Of a stretch of DNA of 64,000 nucleotides, positions 1 through 11,514 are shown in pieces. Below the pieces are notes generated by a model. The model was not told where the DNA came from. It saw only the letters and a program-made list of their open reading frames with translations, and ran no database searches. The position numbers and the translations under genes are program-made. Numbering within the stretch: the stretch's first letter is position 1; every line of letters begins with the position of its first letter. The DNA is from an uncultured Gemmatimonadales bacterium (lineage in GTDB: Bacteria; Gemmatimonadota; Gemmatimonadetes; Gemmatimonadales; Gemmatimonadaceae), in the NCBI GenBank assembly GCA_963851265.1, contig CAWKNZ010000002.1:1568001-1632000 (forward strand). Direction: 5' to 3'.

Positions 1-127
1 ACAAGTGCTCGGCCCGCCAGCGCTCGAGCATGCCCTCCTCGAGCTCGCGCTGCGGGCGGTCGGGAGCGAGCGTCGGATAGGCGACGAACTCGCCCGCGGC
101 GGGCGCGTCGACGTCGGCCGTGCTCAC
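1..127 (-). CDS. ileS: Isoleucine--tRNA ligase, N-terminal fragment (runs off window)
   Basis: Manual translation from GTG at 127 (GTGA overlap with the divIVA stop): MSTADVDAPAAGEFVAYPTLAPDRPQRELEEGMLERWRAEHL, resembling the IleRS N-terminus (ELE..L..W); yggS-divIVA-ileS synteny. Only 42 codons are visible. Confidence 0.6.
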   Translation of the reverse strand, partial: MSTADVDAPAAGEFVAYPTLAPDRPQRELEEGMLERWRAEHL

Positions 128-735
128 GCCGCGGCCTCGGCGTGCTCCGCGGTGACCGACACGGCGCCGTCGGTCAGCGCGGCGCGCGCGCGCACCGGCG
201 GCAGGGTCCGCTGCTCGGCGACCGAGAGCTCGGCGAGCTGACGCTCGGCCAGCAGGCGAAGCTGCGCGAGGTACGTGCGGTGCACCCGGTCGAGGGATTC
301 GGCTTCCTCTTCCAGACGGCGCAGCTCGCCGCGACGCTCCTCGGTGTGCCGGTGCGCCTCACCGCGCGCCGCCTCGACCATGCGCGCCGCCTCCTCGCGG
401 GCCGCGCGAACGACGCGCTCGGCCTCGGTCTGGGCTTCGCGCTTGAGCAGTTCGGCCTCGCGCTCGGCCGCCTCGCGCGTCTCGGCGCGGAGCTGCTGCG
501 CGGCGATGAGGGCCTCGCTCATGGCGCGGTCGCGGTCGCGGAAGGCGCGCAGCTGTTCGTGGAAGTTGCGCGCCTTCTGCTCCAGCTCCTGCGTCACGCG
601 CGTGAGGCGCTCGAGCTCGGCCGCGACCTGCTCCTTGAACTGGTCCACGAGCGCGCGGTCGTAGCCGCGCATCGCGCGGCCGAACTCGTAGCGCCGCACG
701 TCGAGCGGCGTCAGGCGGAAGGTGTCGTCGGCCAT
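124..735 (-). CDS. divIVA: DivIVA domain coiled-coil cell division protein
   Basis: LTPLDVRRYEFGRAMRGYDRALVDQF DivIVA N-terminal motif followed by a long coiled coil; start moved to MADDTF (ATG 735). Confidence 0.9.
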   Translation of the reverse strand: MADDTFRLTPLDVRRYEFGRAMRGYDRALVDQFKEQVAAELERLTRVTQELEQKARNFHEQLRAFRDRDRAMSEALIAAQQLRAETREAAEREAELLKREAQTEAERVVRAAREEAARMVEAARGEAHRHTEERRGELRRLEEEAESLDRVHRTYLAQLRLLAERQLAELSVAEQRTLPPVRARAALTDGAVSVTAEHAEAAA

Positions 736-791
736 GAGGGGAGCAAGCGGGAGCGGTGGGCGCCCGCGGGGGCGCCCGTACACGGATCGTG

Positions 792-1511
792 TTAGGCGCG
801 GACGCCGAAGAGCGCGCTGCCGAGCCGGACGAGCGTCGCGCCCTCCTCAACGGCGATTTCGTAGTCGCCGCTCATGCCCATCGACAGCTCGGCCGCGGGG
901 TGGCCGGCCTCGACGAGGACGGCGCGCGCTGCACGCGCGCCTGCGAAGATCGTCCGCAGCGCGCGCTCGTCGGCGTCGAGGGGGGCGATCGTCATCACGC
1001 CGCGCACCACCACCCCGGGAAGGGTGGTGAGACGCTCGGCTTCTGGGCGTACGAGATCGGCATCGTAGCCGCCCTTCGACGCCTCGCCGCTGACGTTCAG
1101 TTGCAGCAGGACGTCGACGGGTCGGTGCCGCGCCACGCCGTGCTCATGCAGCGCGTCGGCGAGGCGAGCGCTGTCGCACGAGTGGATGAGCGAGAAGCCG
1201 TCGACCTGACGCACCTTGTTGCGCTGCAGGTGGCCGATGAGGTGCCACCGGACCGGCACCCCCACTGCGGTCATCTTTCCGACGGCTTCCTGGACCCGGT
1301 TCTCGCCGACGTCGTGCACGCCCGCTGCCCACGCGTCACTCACCACCTCGGCCGGGTGCGTCTTCGTGACGGCGACGAGGGTGACGTGTTGCGAGTGGCC
1401 CCCGCGCTGGACCGCAGCCGCGATGCGCGCCCTGGCCTCCGCCACGCGCTCGGCCACCGGCGACGCGGCGGGCGAGCTGTGTGGAGCTAGATGCATGTGG
1501 GGCAACGACAT
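792..1511 (-). CDS. yggS: YggS family pyridoxal phosphate homeostasis protein
   Basis: LVAVTKT, GENRVQE, WHLIGHLQRNK and LSMGMSGDYEIAVEEGATLVRLGSALFG motifs. Confidence 0.95.
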   Translation of the reverse strand: MSLPHMHLAPHSSPAASPVAERVAEARARIAAAVQRGGHSQHVTLVAVTKTHPAEVVSDAWAAGVHDVGENRVQEAVGKMTAVGVPVRWHLIGHLQRNKVRQVDGFSLIHSCDSARLADALHEHGVARHRPVDVLLQLNVSGEASKGGYDADLVRPEAERLTTLPGVVVRGVMTIAPLDADERALRTIFAGARAARAVLVEAGHPAAELSMGMSGDYEIAVEEGATLVRLGSALFGVRA

Positions 1512-1521
1512 GCGCGGTAAG

Positions 1522-3705
1522 CTACCTCGCCTCGCAGGGGCCCTCAAGGGAACGCGGCCGCGGCGTCGCCCGAAGTGCAGGCGCCACCGGTCCGCCGCTG
1601 GACGCTGCGAGGACGGCCGCGGGACACGCGAGTTGGCGATACGCCCACGCGACGACACCGTCGCCCGTGCTGTCGCGGAGCCAGGCGGCGTCGATACGCG
1701 GCACGCGCGCCGCCGCTGCCGCGAGCGCGCGACGATCCCCGAGCGCCGCACCGGCCGCGGACGAGAGCGGCGGCGCGATCACAATGACCCCGGCGTCGCC
1801 GCGTCCGGCGGTCCGATCGGGTACCCACTCGACGGTGAGGCCGCGGAGCTGCCATGTGCCCCGGCCGTCCGCGATCGCGGCACGCGTCGCGTCGTCGGTC
1901 GCGAGCGTCACGGCGACGGGGCGACCGGCTCGCGCGGCGCGTGCCGCGACGGCCGCGACGGTCGCCGTCGAACCGAGCCAGACATCGACGGCGTGCCGAT
2001 CGAGGAGCCCACCCCGCCGGGCGAGTTCGGCCCTGTACCAACGCGCCGGAAGGAGCGAGACGGTCACCGTCGTCACGTCGCGCCGCAAACCGAGCGCCGT
2101 CTGCGCCTGCCAGAGTGGATACGTGTCGTTATCCGCGTTGACGAACACCACGGCGCGCGCCGGCGCGTTCTCGAGCAGCGCGCGCGCGTACGCGCCCGCG
2201 GCGTACGCTGCGGGAAGGCGGGTTCGGGTCGCCGCCGACCAGTTGAGCGCGAGCGGCAGCGACGCGAGGCCGACGCCGATCGCACCTGCGGGGGCGCGCG
2301 ACGGCGCGCGCGTCGACCGCGTTAGGCGGCGCGCCGAGGCGACCGCACCGATGCCCGCCCACACGCCCCACGCCCACCAGGCGAGCACGAAGAAGTAGTC
2401 GCGCTCGCGCGCCTCGTGCGGGGCGCTATCGGGGAGCACGCCCGCGCCGAAGCTCGGGCCGGCCTTCAGGTTGAGGTAGCACGCCACGCCTATGCTACCC
2501 GCGACGAGCACGAGGAGCAGCGCGACCCACGACCGGCGATCGCGGCCCCGGTGCCACGCCGAGCCATGGGCGCCGAGGAGAACGAACGCGATCGTGATCG
2601 GCGTTCGCGTCCAGCTCGGCGCCACGTCGGGCGCGACGCCGAGCGCGACCTGCCAGTCGGCCCACTCGCCGAGGTTGGCGAGCTGGAGCCACCACGGGGC
2701 CTGACGGGGCCAGAGGGGCGCGACGGCGTACTGCCGACGCGCGACCGCCGACACGAGACGCGCCCACGTCGATGGGTCGCCCTGATTGAGCCACGGATCG
2801 TGCGCGGCGCGGACCAGGAGGATGAGCGTGGCGGAAACGGCCACGGCACTCGCGAGCGCGATCGCGCCCGCGTCGATCGCGGCGGCCGGTCGGGCGGCGT
2901 CCGCGCCGGGCGTGGCGCCACGTCGTGCGCGTCGCGCGTGTACCGCGCAGGCGATCAGCCCCGCGCCGCCAAGCGCGACGAGGGAGCCGCGTCCCGTTCC
3001 GACTCCGGCGACGGACACCGCCGCGGCCGCGAGTGACGCGGCGCGCGTGCGCGCAAACCCGCGCGATACGCCTAACGTCGCGCGCTCGTCGCTCGCGGCG
3101 GCCGGCACCGACGCGAGCCATGCGGCCGCGGGGGACACGACGAGCGCGCTCAGGTGCAGCGGAACCGCGAGTGCGAGCGCGTACGCCGTTGCCGCTGTCG
3201 CGCGAGCACCCTGTTCGGCCCCGCCGCGCGTACCCAAACGCCTGCCCGCGTGCTCCGCCGCGACCAGGGCAGCGCAGGCGAGCGCGAGCGACGCGGCGTA
3301 GACCTCGGCCTCGGTCGCGTTCGCCCACACCGTGGTCATCGTCCCGGCGCAGATCGCGGCGGCGACTCCACAGCCACGGTCGCGCGTCCACCGCGCCACG
3401 AGCCACGCGGTGCACCCGCCGGCCGCGGCGGTGCACGCGGCCGAGAACAGGTTGCCGGCGAGCGCCTCGCGCGCGCCGAGCAGGCCCGCGCCCAGCACCC
3501 ACACCCGGCCGATCGCCACGAAGAGCGGCGTTCCCGGGGGGTGCGGGATCCCGAACGTGGCGAACGCTGCGAGGAACTCTCCCGCATCCCAGAACGTCAC
3601 GTCGGGCGCGGCGGTCGCCGAGTACACGACGGCGAGGACGAGTGTCGCGAGCACCGCGGCGGCCCGCGGCGAGCCGTCCCGCGCGGTCGACCCGCGCGCG
3701 GTCAA
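1522..3705 (-). CDS. DUF2723-domain multi-pass membrane protein (TMEM260-like GT-C glycosyltransferase)
   Basis: FWDAGEFLAAFATFGIPHPPGTPLFV, ATEAEVYA, ERDYFF and DNDTYPLW motifs; many hydrophobic helices. Confidence 0.85.
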   Translation of the reverse strand: MTARGSTARDGSPRAAAVLATLVLAVVYSATAAPDVTFWDAGEFLAAFATFGIPHPPGTPLFVAIGRVWVLGAGLLGAREALAGNLFSAACTAAAGGCTAWLVARWTRDRGCGVAAAICAGTMTTVWANATEAEVYAASLALACAALVAAEHAGRRLGTRGGAEQGARATAATAYALALAVPLHLSALVVSPAAAWLASVPAAASDERATLGVSRGFARTRAASLAAAAVSVAGVGTGRGSLVALGGAGLIACAVHARRARRGATPGADAARPAAAIDAGAIALASAVAVSATLILLVRAAHDPWLNQGDPSTWARLVSAVARRQYAVAPLWPRQAPWWLQLANLGEWADWQVALGVAPDVAPSWTRTPITIAFVLLGAHGSAWHRGRDRRSWVALLLVLVAGSIGVACYLNLKAGPSFGAGVLPDSAPHEARERDYFFVLAWWAWGVWAGIGAVASARRLTRSTRAPSRAPAGAIGVGLASLPLALNWSAATRTRLPAAYAAGAYARALLENAPARAVVFVNADNDTYPLWQAQTALGLRRDVTTVTVSLLPARWYRAELARRGGLLDRHAVDVWLGSTATVAAVAARAARAGRPVAVTLATDDATRAAIADGRGTWQLRGLTVEWVPDRTAGRGDAGVIVIAPPLSSAAGAALGDRRALAAAAARVPRIDAAWLRDSTGDGVVAWAYRQLACPAAVLAASSGGPVAPALRATPRPRSLEGPCEAR

Positions 3706-4511
3706 CCGGCGAGCGGGATGGTGGCGTACTCGGACGTGCGCCCGCCGCGCCCGCGCAGGAGGTCGCGCAGCTCTGCCGGCTGGAGCGCGCGTCGGAGGCG
3801 CCCGTCCACGGCGAGCGACACGGTCCCAGTCTCCTCACTGACGACCACGACGAGGGCGTCGCTCTCCTCGCTCAGGCCGAGCGCGGCGCGGTGCCGGGTG
3901 CCTAACGACCGGTCGTCGACGCGCGCCTGCGAGAGCGGCAGAATGCACCCCGCACCGACGATCGTGTCGCCGCGCACGACGACGGCGCCGTCGTGCAGCG
4001 GCGAGTACGGCGTGAAAATCGTCGCCAGCAGGTCGCCAGAGACCTTCGCGTTGAGCAGCGTTCCCGTCTCGAGCACGTCGCCGAGCGAGACCTCGCGTTC
4101 GAGCGCCACGATGGCGCCGGTGCTCGACCGGCTCAGGCGCTCGACCGCGTCGCCGATCTCGTCGACGACTTCGTCCTCTTCGAGTGCGCGGACGAGGCGC
4201 GTGGTTCGCGGTTGCGTCAGGTGCAGCACCGTCGCCCGGAGCTCCGGCTGGAACGCGACGAGCGCGACGAACGGCAGATACCGGACCGCGGCCGCGAGGA
4301 GCGTTCCGAGCAGCGTGAGTTCGAGCGCCCACGCGACGCCGTACGCGACGGCGAGGACGAGCAACGCGACCACGAGTTGAACGGCGCGCGCGCCGCGGAC
4401 GACGCGCAGCATGCGGTACGCGACCCACCCGACCACTCCGACGTCGAGCACGTCGCGCCAGCCGACGTGGAAGGCGTCGCCGAGCGCGCGGGAGAGGTCG
4501 GGGGTCGGCAT
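3702..4511 (-). CDS. cdaA: Diadenylate cyclase CdaA (DAC domain, 3 N-terminal TM helices)
   Basis: FQPELR, PLHDGAVV and LGTRHRAALGLSEESDA (DGA and RHR motifs). Confidence 0.95.
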   Translation of the reverse strand: MPTPDLSRALGDAFHVGWRDVLDVGVVGWVAYRMLRVVRGARAVQLVVALLVLAVAYGVAWALELTLLGTLLAAAVRYLPFVALVAFQPELRATVLHLTQPRTTRLVRALEEDEVVDEIGDAVERLSRSSTGAIVALEREVSLGDVLETGTLLNAKVSGDLLATIFTPYSPLHDGAVVVRGDTIVGAGCILPLSQARVDDRSLGTRHRAALGLSEESDALVVVVSEETGTVSLAVDGRLRRALQPAELRDLLRGRGGRTSEYATIPLAG

Positions 4512-4580
4512 GCGCCGAAGCTAGTCCCCTGGCGCGGACGGATGGACCCCCGCGCCCCCGCGCCCCTCGCCTCGGTCCCG

Positions 4581-5474
4581 CTACCGCCGGCGGAGGATTG
4601 CCCAGGCGACGTCGAGGGCCTCCCGGTGCGCGCGGACGTCGTGCACCCGGAACAGGCCGGCGCCACGGGCCAGCGCCGCGACGTGCGCGCCGACGGTGGC
4701 CGCCACGCGAGCGGCGGGGTCGGCGACGCCGCTCAGCTCCCCGACGAACCGCTTACGCGATGCGCCGACGAGCAAGGGGCGGCCGAGGGCGGCAATCACG
4801 GGCAGTCCCGCGAGCACCGCCACCGAGGCGTCCGTGCGTTTGGCGAACCCGACTCCCGGGTCGAGCACGACGGCTTCGGCCGCGATCCCCGCCGCGCCTG
4901 CGCGCGCGAGCGCGTCGCGCAACTCGGCCCGGACCTCGTCGAGCACGTCGTCGTAGGTCGCATGCGCGTACGTCGCCATGTCGGCCACGCGCCCGCGCGA
5001 GTGCATGAGGATCACGCCGGCACCGGCCGCCGCGCACACTCCGGCGAGCGCCGGATCGAGGCGCAGCCCCGCCACGTCGTTCACGACGTCGGCGCCGGCG
5101 TCGAGCGCGGCGCGCGCGACCTCGGCCTTCACCGTATCCACCGAGATCGCGATCGCTGGATGCGCGCGGCGGATGGCCTCGATCACCGGGACTACCCGCG
5201 CGCGCTCGTCGCCGGCGTCAACGCCGCCACCGTTGTGCGGACGCGTCGACTCGCCGCCGACGTCGATCGCGTCCGCGCCCTCCGCGACGAGCGCGTCGGC
5301 GTGTGCCAACGCGCGACCGAGGTCGTCATAGCGACCGCCATCGCTGAAGCTGTCCGGCGTGACGTTGAGCACGCCGAAGATGAACGGCCGGTCGAGTACG
5401 AGCGAGCGGCCGCGGATCCGCCACGTGGGCGCGTCCGCGGCGGCTGGTTGGTGACCGGCCGGCGTCGCGGTCAC
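4581..5474 (-). CDS. folP: Dihydropteroate synthase
   Basis: GVLNVTPDSFSDGG, DVGGESTRP, DPGVGFAK, GASRKRF and RVHDV motifs. Confidence 0.97.
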   Translation of the reverse strand: MTATPAGHQPAAADAPTWRIRGRSLVLDRPFIFGVLNVTPDSFSDGGRYDDLGRALAHADALVAEGADAIDVGGESTRPHNGGGVDAGDERARVVPVIEAIRRAHPAIAISVDTVKAEVARAALDAGADVVNDVAGLRLDPALAGVCAAAGAGVILMHSRGRVADMATYAHATYDDVLDEVRAELRDALARAGAAGIAAEAVVLDPGVGFAKRTDASVAVLAGLPVIAALGRPLLVGASRKRFVGELSGVADPAARVAATVGAHVAALARGAGLFRVHDVRAHREALDVAWAILRRR

Positions 5475-5480
5475 CGCAGA

Positions 5481-7133
5481 CTAGTGCGCGTCGACGGCCA
5501 CGACGGGGCCCTTGGGGCGGCGCAGCAACAGCACCGCGGGTGCCACGACGACGAACGTGAGCAGCAACAGCAGCCATGCGTCGTTGAAGCTGAGAATCGA
5601 CGCCTGCGCCTGCGCCTGGCCGTCGAGCACCTTGAGCGCGGCCTGACGGGCCTCGTTCATCGAGGCGCCGCGTGCCATGAACGCGCCCATGGTCTGCTGC
5701 ACCCGCGTGTCGGTAAGCACCTGCCCGGTGACGAGGTGGCTCACCACGTCGCTGCGGTGCTGGTCGGTGTGGGTCGTGATGTAGTTCGCGAGGATCGCGA
5801 TGCCGAACGACCCACCGAGCTGGCGCGCTAGGTTGATGAGACCGGCCGCCTGCTGCGCCTCACTCGGCTTGAGCGCCGCGTACGCGACGTTGTTGATGGG
5901 CGTGAAGAGCATCCCCATCCCCGCCCCGCGGATCATCAGCGCGGTGCGCACGTCGGGCTCGCCGGCGGCCGTCGTGAGGTGGCCCATCTTCCACATCGAC
6001 ACCATGAAGAGCGCCATCCCGATCGCGATCAGGAGGCGCGCGTCGACCAGCGGCTTGGGACCGTTGAGCAGCCGCCCGCAGATGAGCGCGGTCACCGCCG
6101 TCGCGAGACCGCCGGGGAGCATCGCCAGCCCCGTCTCGGTGGGCGAAAAGTGCAGCAGACTCTGCGTGAACAGCGGGAAGATGAACGTGCCGCCGTACAG
6201 GCCGAAGCCGAGCGCGACGAACAGGAAGATGCTCGCGGCGAGCTGACGGTTCTTCAGCACGCGGAAGTTGACAACCGGATGCTTGTTGCGCGGCGTGAGC
6301 TCCCACCACAGCATCGCGATGAGCGCGACCACCGCCGTCGCGGTCAGGCGGACGATCCACTGGTCGCTAAACCAGTCCTTCGTGTTTCCCTCCTCAAGGA
6401 CGTACTGCAACGAGCCGAGCCCGAGCGTCAGCAATCCGATGCCCGCCCAATCGACGGGCACCCCGGTTTTCCGCATCCCCGGTGGATCGATCAGGAACGT
6501 ACTCACCAGGAACGTCGACAGGATCCCGATCGGCACGTTGATGAAGAAGCACCAGTTCCACGTGTAATTGTCGGTGATCCACCCGCCGAGCGTCGGGCCT
6601 AACGTCGGCGCGACGATGATGCCGAGCAGGAAGATGGCCTGCACGAGGCCCTGCTGCTCCGCCGGGAAGATCTGCCGGATCGTAGCCTGCGCGGTCGACA
6701 GGAGGGCCGCGCCGCCGGCGCCCTGCACGATGCGCCACAGCACGAGCTCGCCGAGCGAGTGCGAGTTGCCGCACAGCCACGACGAGATGATGAACAGGAT
6801 GATGGAAAACGTGAGGTAGCGCCGGCGCCCGAACCGTTCCGTGAAGAACGCGGTCATGGGCAGGAAGATCACGTTCGACAGGATGTAGCCTGTGGAGACC
6901 CAGCTGATCTCTTCCTGGGTCGCGCCCAGATTGCCGGCCATCTGCGGCAGCGCGACGTTGATGATCGTGGTGTCGAGGACCTCCATGATGGCCGCGGTGA
7001 TGAGGCCGAACAGGATGATCCACTTGTACTGGTTTTGCTCTGCCGCAAACGCCGCGGCCGCGCGGGCCGCTGCGGATGAGGCGGCGTTCGCGGCAGGCGG
7101 CCGCTGAACGGCCTCTCTGACGGTGGTTGCCAT
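5481..7133 (-). CDS. DHA2 (EmrB/QacA-type) MFS efflux transporter
   Basis: MEVLDTTIINVALPQM, APTLGPTLGGWITDNYTWNWCFFINVPIG; about 14 TM helices. Confidence 0.92.
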   Translation of the reverse strand: MATTVREAVQRPPAANAASSAAARAAAAFAAEQNQYKWIILFGLITAAIMEVLDTTIINVALPQMAGNLGATQEEISWVSTGYILSNVIFLPMTAFFTERFGRRRYLTFSIILFIISSWLCGNSHSLGELVLWRIVQGAGGAALLSTAQATIRQIFPAEQQGLVQAIFLLGIIVAPTLGPTLGGWITDNYTWNWCFFINVPIGILSTFLVSTFLIDPPGMRKTGVPVDWAGIGLLTLGLGSLQYVLEEGNTKDWFSDQWIVRLTATAVVALIAMLWWELTPRNKHPVVNFRVLKNRQLAASIFLFVALGFGLYGGTFIFPLFTQSLLHFSPTETGLAMLPGGLATAVTALICGRLLNGPKPLVDARLLIAIGMALFMVSMWKMGHLTTAAGEPDVRTALMIRGAGMGMLFTPINNVAYAALKPSEAQQAAGLINLARQLGGSFGIAILANYITTHTDQHRSDVVSHLVTGQVLTDTRVQQTMGAFMARGASMNEARQAALKVLDGQAQAQASILSFNDAWLLLLLTFVVVAPAVLLLRRPKGPVVAVDAH

Positions 7134-7179
7134 GCGCGAGTACGAGAAAACGGGTGGTGGCCGGCCGGTGACTACGACG

Positions 7180-7214
7180 CACGAACGGGCGCCGATGTCG
7201 GGCGCCCGTTCGTG
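7180..7214 (-). terminator. Inverted repeat downstream of ftsH (probable terminator)
   Basis: CACGAACGGGCGCC / GGCGCCCGTTCGTG, a perfect 14-bp stem 25 nt past the ftsH stop; weak U tail. Confidence 0.55.
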
Positions 7215-7238
7215 ACGTGCTGTGGTCCGACCCTGCGG

Positions 7239-9230
<1,992 letters not shown>

Positions 9231-9458
9231 GAACCTCTCACTTCCTGCGGACTGACCCGCGGTGTGCGCGCCGACCAGACACGTCCGCGACGGCGCGGGC
9301 GGCGGTGGCGTGCGATACTCGTGACGTGTGACTACAAAGTCGTGCGACTGCGGGACGAGCGACGATCCGACGTACGATTCCCCACAGAACAGCAACTGCC
9401 TCGCCAGCGCATTTGCGGTTCGTGCATCGGCCGCCCGCGCCGTCGGGCGACGGGCACC

Positions 9459-10067
9459 CTACGACGCGAGACTGGCCACGTACGGCACGTGCCGAAAGTG
9501 CTCCGCGTGGTCGAGGCCGTAGCCGACGAGAAACTCTTCGGGCGCGTCGAAGCCGACGAACCGAACCGGGTGCTCGAGATGCGACGCGATGCGCTTGTGG
9601 AGCAGCGCGCAGATCTCCAACGACCGCGGACTCCGCTGCCCGAGCAGCGCGACGAGCTTCTGGAGCGTACGCCCCGAATCGACGATGTCCTCTACCAGTA
9701 GAATGTGTTTACCCTCGAGCGAGGTTTCCGGGTCGTACACCAGCCGCACGTTTCCGCTCGACACCGTCGCGTCGCCGTAGCTCGACGCGACGATGAAGTC
9801 GACCTGCAACGGCCGGACGACCTGCCGCACGAGGTCGCTCAGGAAGATGAAGCTCCCCTTGAGCAGCCCGAGGACGAGCAACTCGCCGTCCGGGTACGTG
9901 CCGGTGATCTCCCGCCCGAGCGCCGCGACGCGTGCGGCGATTTCCTGCTCGGTATACACCACGCGCCGCAATTTGCGCCCGGCGAGACGCGGGTCGCGAG
10001 CGGGATCGCCGCCCGGCGCGGAGGGCGCGTCGCGCGCGGGCCAGAAGGTCGAGGCGGGATCGGTCAC
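9459..10067 (-). CDS. hpt: Hypoxanthine phosphoribosyltransferase
   Basis: LLKGSFIFLSDL, ILLVEDIVDSGRTL and EFLVGYGLD; GTG start at 10067 is approximate. Confidence 0.95.
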   Translation of the reverse strand: MTDPASTFWPARDAPSAPGGDPARDPRLAGRKLRRVVYTEQEIAARVAALGREITGTYPDGELLVLGLLKGSFIFLSDLVRQVVRPLQVDFIVASSYGDATVSSGNVRLVYDPETSLEGKHILLVEDIVDSGRTLQKLVALLGQRSPRSLEICALLHKRIASHLEHPVRFVGFDAPEEFLVGYGLDHAEHFRHVPYVASLAS

Positions 10068-10101
10068 GGCGGAAGGTGGAAGGCGGGCGGAAGTCAAGCG
10101 G

Positions 10102-11124
10102 TTATGCGTAATCGGACGACACCGGACCCGCCACACCAACCGCCCGGCCGACGGTGAAGTGCCAGCCGCGCCGGCCCGGGTCGCGCGAGTACTCGAGGTC
10201 GAGGGCGCCGCGCGCGATCGGGATGCGGCACCGCTGCACGGTGCCGTCACGCACGCGGGCGACCGCGGCCCGCGTGTACGCCACGAGCCGCGCCACCGCT
10301 CGGCGGTCGAGCCGCACGCCGGCGCGCGCCGCACGCGCCGGCCAGAACACGGCGAGCGACTCCGGGTCGCACGCCGCGAGTGCGGCGACGGGGAGCTTCG
10401 CGGGAAGTCGCTCGCTCCACGCGTCCACGCCGGCACGCCACCGTGCGGCGTCGGCCGCGACCGCGACGAGGCGCGCGGCGGCCTGCGGGCGCACGCGGGT
10501 CACCGCCGGGAGCAGGTCGGCGCGCAGGCGCGCGCGCAGATGTCGCCGGTCGCCGTTCGATGGATCGACGTCCCATCCGATCGCGTGCGCGGCCGCGTAC
10601 GCCGCGACGTCGGCGCGCCCGACCGCGAGGAGCGGACGCACGATGGCGAGCGACGGATCGGGCGCCCGCATCGCCGCGAGCCCACGCGCGCCCGCGGCGC
10701 GTAGCGCGCGGATCACCACGGTCTCGACCTGGTCGTCGCGCGTGTGGGCGGTGGCGATCGCCACCGCCCCGACCGCGGCCGCGGTCGACCACAGAAAGTG
10801 CCACCGGGCCTCTCGCCACTCCGCTTCGGTGCGCCCGGCGCGCGCCGCCTCGCCCGCGATCACCTCGACGCCGAGCGCGCGCGCCGTCTCGCACACGCGA
10901 GCGACGGCCGCCGAGGCGTGCGGACCCGTTCCGTGGTCGAAGGTCGCGACGGCGCGCACCGCCGCGCGCGACTCGAGCATCGCCGCGTGAAGGAGCACCA
11001 TGCTGTCGCGGCCACCCGATACGGCGAGGAGCGCCCCGCACGGAGTCGTGTCGGACCCGATGCCCCGATCGTCCGCCGCGAACGGACGCAGCGCGTCGGC
11101 GACCGCGCCGGCTACCGGCGTCAT
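10102..11124 (-). CDS. tilS: tRNA(Ile)-lysidine synthetase (short form)
   Basis: PP-loop AVSGGRDS, TAHTRDDQVET, IVRPLL and DPSN motifs; upstream of hpt. Confidence 0.9.
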   Translation of the reverse strand: MTPVAGAVADALRPFAADDRGIGSDTTPCGALLAVSGGRDSMVLLHAAMLESRAAVRAVATFDHGTGPHASAAVARVCETARALGVEVIAGEAARAGRTEAEWREARWHFLWSTAAAVGAVAIATAHTRDDQVETVVIRALRAAGARGLAAMRAPDPSLAIVRPLLAVGRADVAAYAAAHAIGWDVDPSNGDRRHLRARLRADLLPAVTRVRPQAAARLVAVAADAARWRAGVDAWSERLPAKLPVAALAACDPESLAVFWPARAARAGVRLDRRAVARLVAYTRAAVARVRDGTVQRCRIPIARGALDLEYSRDPGRRGWHFTVGRAVGVAGPVSSDYA

Positions 11125-11264
11125 GCCGCGCAACGCACGGCGTCCGCCGGGCACGCGCCGGCCCGCGTCGTGCGCCTGGACGCGACCGTCGCGTGTGTCA
11201 TCGCTACCTGAGCCCCCCGGCGCTCGCTACGTTTCCGCCGCTCGCACACCCTCGGGAGAACGTC

Positions 11265-11456
11265 TTGGAACACAACAACTACTTCGGTACGGCGTGGGCC
11301 GCGTTGGGGATGACGGCCTACTACCTCGCGCTGGTCTGGATCAACACCCTGCTCGGGTTGTTCCTGACGCCCCTCTTCCTGATCCCGATGACGTGGCTGC
11401 AGGACCGGATGGCCGCCCGTCGCCAGCCCGTGCGCGAGCCGCAGCCCGTTCGCTAG
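11265..11456 (+). CDS. Small membrane protein (63 aa), unknown function
   Basis: GGAG SD, then TTG 11265; MEHNNYFGTAWAALGMTAYYLALVWINTLLGLFLTPLFLIPMTW... is hydrophobic and has typical GC3-rich codons. Confidence 0.65.
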   Translation: MEHNNYFGTAWAALGMTAYYLALVWINTLLGLFLTPLFLIPMTWLQDRMAARRQPVREPQPVR

Positions 11457-11514
11457 GCGCGCGGTTGCCGGGCCCCGCACGCGGCGTGCGGGGCCCGGCG
11501 TGCGTTCGCGCCGG

